DNA from: Longimicrobiales bacterium
GTDB lineage: Bacteria > Gemmatimonadota > Gemmatimonadetes > Longimicrobiales > Gaopeijiaceae
NCBI GenBank assembly: GCA_965203485.1
Contig: OZ241892.1
Coordinates: 2,624,001 to 2,688,000, forward strand
Direction: 5' to 3'
DNA length: 64,000 nucleotides
Shown: piece after piece, positions 58,771 to 64,000 of the stretch
Layout: every line of letters starts with the position of its first letter
Position numbering within the stretch: position 1 is the stretch's first letter
The notes under the pieces: model-generated
The model's database searches: none
What the model was told of the DNA's origin: nothing
What the model saw: only the letters and a program-made list of their open reading frames with translations
Position numbers and translations under genes: made by a program

Positions 58771-61700
58771 CTATTGGGAGGAGGACGGCGGCGGACGACG
58801 GCTCGGGAGGGCGACCGGCTCGCCCGCCTTGGGCCGCACGCCCGCTTCGTTCATGCGCCGGTGGAACTCGGGAACGCGTTCCTCGACGTACTCGTTGACC
58901 TGTTCCACGAGAGCCGGCACCTGCTCCCACGCATGGGCGACCGCCAGAAGCTGGCCCTTGGACGGCGGCCCGGCGTTGCGCTCGATGCCGGAGGCGGCGC
59001 GTCCGGGCCTTGCGCGCTGCAGTCGGCGCTGGAGCGAGTCCACTTCGGCGGCGAGGGTCTCGGCTTGCTCCTTGAGAGCCGCGATATGCCCGGCATCTTC
59101 CGTCGCGTCCTCGGCTGCTTCCGCCCCCTCGCCTGTTCCGGCCCCCTCGCCGGGATCGGCCCCTTCGCCTGCGCCCGCTGCTTCGCCCGCGGCTTCCGTC
59201 TCGCCGGCGCCTTCCACGCCGCCGACGTCCGCCCGTCCGGCGTCGCCGTCATCGCCCCCGGCGACCCGTAGCAGATCTTCGGCGGCCTCCAGCTGCTCCG
59301 ACAAACGCCGCAACGCCCGCGCCGCCAAGGCAATCGTCCCGTTCAGCGTGGCCACGTCGCGCGCGGCTTCCTGGCGCGCCTGCAACGCTTCCATGTCGGC
59401 GCTCGCCCGCGGGTCGAGCCGCACGGCCACGTCTTCCTGCATCGTCTGGCCGCCCGCCTCCAGCTGCACCACGTATGCGCCCGGCAACACCAGGGGGCCT
59501 CGCGGCGCCCCCCCAAAGCCGCCGCCGCCCGGCCCGCCGTCCTGTCCTTCCGGCATTTCCACCGGCGCGTCCTCCCGCAGGTCCCAGACCACTTGGTTGA
59601 CGCCCGGCCCGGCCGTCGCCTCCAGCGTCCGCACCGGCCCGCCGTCCTCGCTCGTCACGGACAACGTCGCCGAGTCGACTCCCTCGGCCAGCCAGTAGCG
59701 GATCACCGCCCCGTCCGGCGGATTCGCGGCCTCGTAGACATCGCCGCGGAACGGCCAGCCGCCCATGCGGAACCATTGCGTCGCCCCGGCAACCGGAAAC
59801 AGATGTGCGTTCTTGTCGAACACCGAGCCCGTCGCCAAGTCCTCCAGCGGCGCCAAGTCGTCCAGAATCCAGATGCTGCGGCCGTGCGTGCCCACGACCA
59901 AGTCGTTTTCGCGAGGGTGCACGACCATGTCGTCCACCGGCACCGTCGGCAGACCCTTCATCCGGCGCCACGAGCCGCCGCGGTCCAGCGAGACGAACAC
60001 GCCGATCTCGTTGCCCGCGAAGAGCAGGTTCTCGCTGCGAGGATGCTCGCGGATCACGTTCACCGACCAGTCGGGAAGACCGTCCGTCATGCGGCGCCAG
60101 GACTCGCCGTAGTCGTCGCTGCCGTACACGTACGGCGCATAGTCGTCGTCCCAGTGGCGGTCGAACGTCGCGTAGACGCGCCCGGCGGCATGATGCGAGG
60201 CGTCGATGCGGCTCACGTAGGAGCGCTCGGGCAGTCCGGGCACCTTGTCCGCCACGTTCGTCCACGAACTTCCGCCGTCGCGGGTGACCTGCACGTTGCC
60301 GTCGTCCGTGCCCACGTAGATCACGTCCGGGGACAAGGGCGACTCGTCGATCGTGGTGATGTTGCCGTAGGTTGCGATGCCGTCGTGCCGCGACAGGGTG
60401 GAGTCGGTGACGAGCGCGCCCATGATCGGCAGCGAGTCGCGGTCGATCGCCTTGGTCAGGTCGGGGCTCGCCTCCTCCCACGACATGCCCTTGTCGCGGG
60501 AGCGCATGAGGTGATTGGCGCCGACGTACACGGTGCTCGAATTGTGCGCCGACACCACGATGGGCGCGTTCCAGTTGTAGCGGTACCTTCGCTCCTCGTC
60601 GCCTTGCGCGGACTCGTCCTCGCTCGGCCGCGATTCCCCGGGCGGGGGCACGGGACGCATGTTGAGCGCTTCGCCCGTGGCCAAGTTGACGCGCCCCGAG
60701 TTGCCGCCCTGCGATTCCGTGTACAGGATGTTGGGATCGTTGGGATCGAACTGGTTGTAGAAGCCGTCGCCGCCCCAGACGTCTCGCCAGTCGCGGTTGC
60801 GCAGCCCGTATCCCGTGATCGTTTCGTTCGGCGCGCACCAGGAGCTGTTGTCCTGCAGGCCTCCGCACACGCGGTACGGGTCGCTCATGTCCACGCCGAT
60901 CTCGTAGAACTGCCCGATGGCGATGTTGTTGTGGTGGCGCCAAGTACGCCCGCCGTCGAAGCTCGTGGCCACGCCGCCGTCGTTGCCCAGCACCAGATGA
61001 TCCGAGTCGGCGGGATCGATCCACAGCGCGTGATGATCGACGTGAATGCCCTGGGCCGCGTCGCCCTCCCACCACGTCCGCCCGCCGTCGTCCGAAGCGG
61101 AGAAGCGCACGCCGCCCAAGTAGACGCGCTCCGGATTGTTGGGATCGACGCGCACCATGCTGAAGTACATCGGCCGGGGATTTCGGCTCGATACCTTCTG
61201 CCAGCTGTCGCCCCTGTCCGTGGACCGGTAGAGGCCGCGCCCGTCGCCCCGCGATTCCACCAGCGCGTACACCAGAGCGCCGTCGCGCCGGTGCACGTCC
61301 ACGCCGATGCGTCCCTTGTCGCCGCCGGGCAGGCCGCGCGTCAGCTCCGTCCACGTGTCGCCGCCGTCGGTCGTGCGGTACAGGCCGCTTCCCGGCCCCG
61401 CGGCGCTGAACCCGAACGCCGTGCGCCGCCGCTGGTACATGGCCGCGAACAGCGTGCGCGGATCGGACGGATCCATGACCAGATCGATCGCGCCCGTGTC
61501 CTCGTCCACCCACAGCGCGCGTTCCCACGTCGCGCCGCCGTCGGTCGTGCGGAAGACGCCCCGCTCCTCGTTCGGCCCGAAGAGGTGGCCCACGGCGGCC
61601 ACGTAGGCCACGTCCGGGTCGCGGGGATGCAGCGCGATGCGGGCGACGTGCCGGGTGTCCTCCAGGCCCACTCCGTCCCAAGTGCGGCCGCCGTCGGTGG

Positions 61701-62100
61701 ACTTGAAGACGCCGCACCCCCAAGGCGTGCTCTGCCGGTTCTGCGGCTCGCCCGTCCCGGCCCAAACCACGTTGGGGTTGGCCTGGAAGACGGTGACGTC
61801 GCCGATCGACGCGCACGGCTGCTCGTCGAAGAGCGGCGTCCACGACATGCCATTGTTCTCCGTCAGCCACACCCCGCCCGAAGCCAGCCCCACGTAGAAC
61901 TTGACCGGATTGGACTCGACGGGCGCCACATCCGACACCCGCCCGCCCATGATCGCCGGGCCGACTTCGCGGAACTCCAGGGCGTCGAGAGCTTCTTGGA
62001 GAGGGGAGGCGACGGAGTTCGGCTGGCTGATCGTCGCAGCCCCGACGGTGGCCGGGGCGGTCGCCGCGAGAGCGGCTAGCAACAGCGAAGGTGCGGACAT
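58771..62100 (-). CDS. VPS10/sortilin-like BNR-repeat exported protein (paralog)
   Basis: GPAIMGGRV, Asp boxes, GGLQDNSSW, GTHGRS; acidic G/A/E-rich insert near the C-terminus. Confidence 0.9.
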   Translation of the reverse strand: MSAPSLLLAALAATAPATVGAATISQPNSVASPLQEALDALEFREVGPAIMGGRVSDVAPVESNPVKFYVGLASGGVWLTENNGMSWTPLFDEQPCASIGDVTVFQANPNVVWAGTGEPQNRQSTPWGCGVFKSTDGGRTWDGVGLEDTRHVARIALHPRDPDVAYVAAVGHLFGPNEERGVFRTTDGGATWERALWVDEDTGAIDLVMDPSDPRTLFAAMYQRRRTAFGFSAAGPGSGLYRTTDGGDTWTELTRGLPGGDKGRIGVDVHRRDGALVYALVESRGDGRGLYRSTDRGDSWQKVSSRNPRPMYFSMVRVDPNNPERVYLGGVRFSASDDGGRTWWEGDAAQGIHVDHHALWIDPADSDHLVLGNDGGVATSFDGGRTWRHHNNIAIGQFYEIGVDMSDPYRVCGGLQDNSSWCAPNETITGYGLRNRDWRDVWGGDGFYNQFDPNDPNILYTESQGGNSGRVNLATGEALNMRPVPPPGESRPSEDESAQGDEERRYRYNWNAPIVVSAHNSSTVYVGANHLMRSRDKGMSWEEASPDLTKAIDRDSLPIMGALVTDSTLSRHDGIATYGNITTIDESPLSPDVIYVGTDDGNVQVTRDGGSSWTNVADKVPGLPERSYVSRIDASHHAAGRVYATFDRHWDDDYAPYVYGSDDYGESWRRMTDGLPDWSVNVIREHPRSENLLFAGNEIGVFVSLDRGGSWRRMKGLPTVPVDDMVVHPRENDLVVGTHGRSIWILDDLAPLEDLATGSVFDKNAHLFPVAGATQWFRMGGWPFRGDVYEAANPPDGAVIRYWLAEGVDSATLSVTSEDGGPVRTLEATAGPGVNQVVWDLREDAPVEMPEGQDGGPGGGGFGGAPRGPLVLPGAYVVQLEAGGQTMQEDVAVRLDPRASADMEALQARQEAARDVATLNGTIALAARALRRLSEQLEAAEDLLRVAGGDDGDAGRADVGGVEGAGETEAAGEAAGAGEGADPGEGAGTGEGAEAAEDATEDAGHIAALKEQAETLAAEVDSLQRRLQRARPGRAASGIERNAGPPSKGQLLAVAHAWEQVPALVEQVNEYVEERVPEFHRRMNEAGVRPKAGEPVALPSRRPPPSSSQ

Positions 62101-62585
62101 CACGGCTCTCTTGGCGGCTGTGGATGGGATGCGAGCGCGGGGCGTTCGCCGTTGCAACTTATTCGCCTTCCGGTTGCTCGCCAAGCACGTGCCTCGGGCT
62201 CCGCCCCGACGGACGAGCTCGATCACGAGCGGGCGCTCGCTCCAAGGCGTGGAGCGGCCGGGCCGGCGCACTGGTCCCGTCTCGTCCTGAACAGTCCGCC
62301 CGAAGTCCGCCGACTGCCACCCCACCCGGACACTGGAGACGACGCCCAACGAGCGCCAGGTTGCCGAAGACCGGCCGGACTGCTATCAGTTGTATGTTGT
62401 GACCGACTGCGCCAACCAGCCGAAGTTGCGAGAGCCCAGGCTCGACCCGGCCCAGCTCCCCTGGCGGAGGGCCGCATGGTCCAGCGCTGGCGACGCTCGG
62501 AGAACACCATGACGCAACCGACGACCGGGCGAGAGAGCGGAGCAGGGCCGAGGAGACGACGCAACGAAGGAGCCGACGGGTGACG

Positions 62586-63990
62586 ATGGATTTGGCGGAC
62601 GTTCGGCGGTTGGTTGCTACCGGAGAGTCGGAAACCGTCGAACTCAAGGGCAGCACGGCCGAGCGCGATCCAGCCGCAAAGGCGTTGTGCGCAATGCTGA
62701 ATCACCGCCGGTGGCAAGGTCATCTTCGGCGTGAGCCCTGAGGGTGGGATTGTCGGCCAGGAAGTCAGTGGCCGCACGCTCGAACGGCTGGTCCAGCAGT
62801 TTGCGAAGATCGACCCACCGGTCTTTCCAAGCGTCGAGCGTGTTCCAGTCAGAGATAGTTTGGACGTCGTCGTGGTAACGGTCCTGGAGGGCCCGAATCG
62901 TCCTTATACCTACAACGGCCGAGCGTGGCGCCGGGTTGGCAACACCAATCGATCCCTGTCAAGTGACGAGCACAATCAAATGGTGCTGCAATTCATGCAT
63001 GCCCGGCGCAGATGGGAAAACGAAGTTGAATCGGATTGGGATATCGGCGATCTCGACACGAAGGAAATCGTTCGCACCGCCGAGAAGGCAATAAGCATTG
63101 GACGACTGGACGATCCGGACACACGAGACCCACTCGCGTTGTTGCGCGGCCTCGGCTTAACGCGGGATGACGTCCTTCTGCGTGCGGCGGTCGTGCTGTT
63201 CGGCAAGAAGGATCGCTTGTCGGCAGAGTATACGCAGTGCACAGTCAGGGCGGCAAGGTTTCCTGGGACGGACAAGTCGGAGTTCCTGGACAATCGGCAG
63301 TTTCATGGCCATGCATTCGAACTGTTGTCCAGCAGTCAACGCTTTGTTCGAGAGCACCTCCGCATCGCCGGCCGGTTCGAGCCTGACAATTTTCTTAGAA
63401 TCGACGAACCATCGTATCCGCCCCTTGCGGTGCGCGAAGCCTTGGCGAATGCGATTTGTCATCGGGACTACTCGGCAGGTGGCGGTGCCATACACGTCGC
63501 AATGTACGATGATCGATTGGAGATATCGTCTCCCGGCACCTTGCCGTTTGGCCTGACGCCAGAATCGTTGTTTGCGCCTCACGACTCCAAGCCCTGGAAC
63601 CCTCTCGTCGCGCACGTCTTTTTCCGGCGTGGAGTGGTGGAGATGTGGGGGCAGGGCACGCTGAAGATGCTCAAGCTGGCAACCGACGGAGGGTTGCCCA
63701 GGCCAGAGATCGAAGACGAACGGGGGTCGGTGACCGTTCGCTTTCGACCGAATGGCCGCATTGCTCGCTACGCCCACGTCAAGCTCTCCCGGCGGCACCG
63801 AGCCATCCTGGCGGCGCTTTCCGCCCAAGGGCCTCTTTCCCTCAGGGAAATCGTCGCCAGGATGCCCGCTGACGCGAGCGCCTCGAGGGAAGGCCGGAGG
63901 ATAAGAGAGGAATTGCGCGAGTTGCGCGCATTTCGCCTGGTTGAACACCGGGGAACCGGATCTGACAGACGCTGGGAGCGCGCTCGGTAG
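62586..63990 (+). pseudogene. AlbA_2 + HATPase_c_4 + wHTH protein with a +1 frameshift near 62709
   Basis: MDLADVRRLVATGESETVELKGST..LCAMLNHR is in one frame; GGKVIFGVSPEG..REALANAICHRDY..DDRLEISSPG..HTH is in the next. One extra C. Confidence 0.8.
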
Positions 63991-64000
63991 AGCCAGTCGC

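Noticed and set aside
55325..62100. Tandem VPS10 proteins as a novel system
   Set aside because: A commonly expanded family; nothing unusual beyond a low-complexity insert.
1..64000. tRNA/rRNA/structured ncRNA genes
   Set aside because: None recognised by eye; a covariance-model scan would be needed to exclude small RNAs.

Overview
High-GC bacterial window. The gene content (VPS10/BNR proteins, TonB-dependent receptor, NHL-type propeller, bat operon) suggests Gemmatimonadota or a similar lineage, but this is inference only. No rRNA, tRNA or CRISPR array was seen. The flanks are ordinary: a moxR-DUF58-batABCD operon, catabolic and uptake genes, and two VPS10-like proteins. About 18.6-55.2 kb is a dense defence and mobile-element island. 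It holds a tandem P-loop ATPase pair, a small ORF plus SDH serine protease, an AAA_14/DUF4143 ATPase coupled to a NACHT/STAND protein with a C-terminal nuclease, a type I R-M system, a five-gene hypothetical-TIR-Nmad2-MazG-UDG operon (Nmad2 split by an IS3 with a 4-bp TSD), an Mrr-like nuclease, an AlbA_2 + ParA pair and a type IIG-like R-M fusion, with many decayed paralogous remnants. There are two best candidates for an undescribed system. (1) The type I R-M locus: a HEPN toxin sits between hsdM and hsdS, its MNT antitoxin is fused to HsdS, and HsdR carries an in-frame LexA/UmuD-like S24 peptidase domain. (2) The TIR-Nmad2-MazG-UDG operon. All family calls come from motif recognition by eye; no database searches were run.
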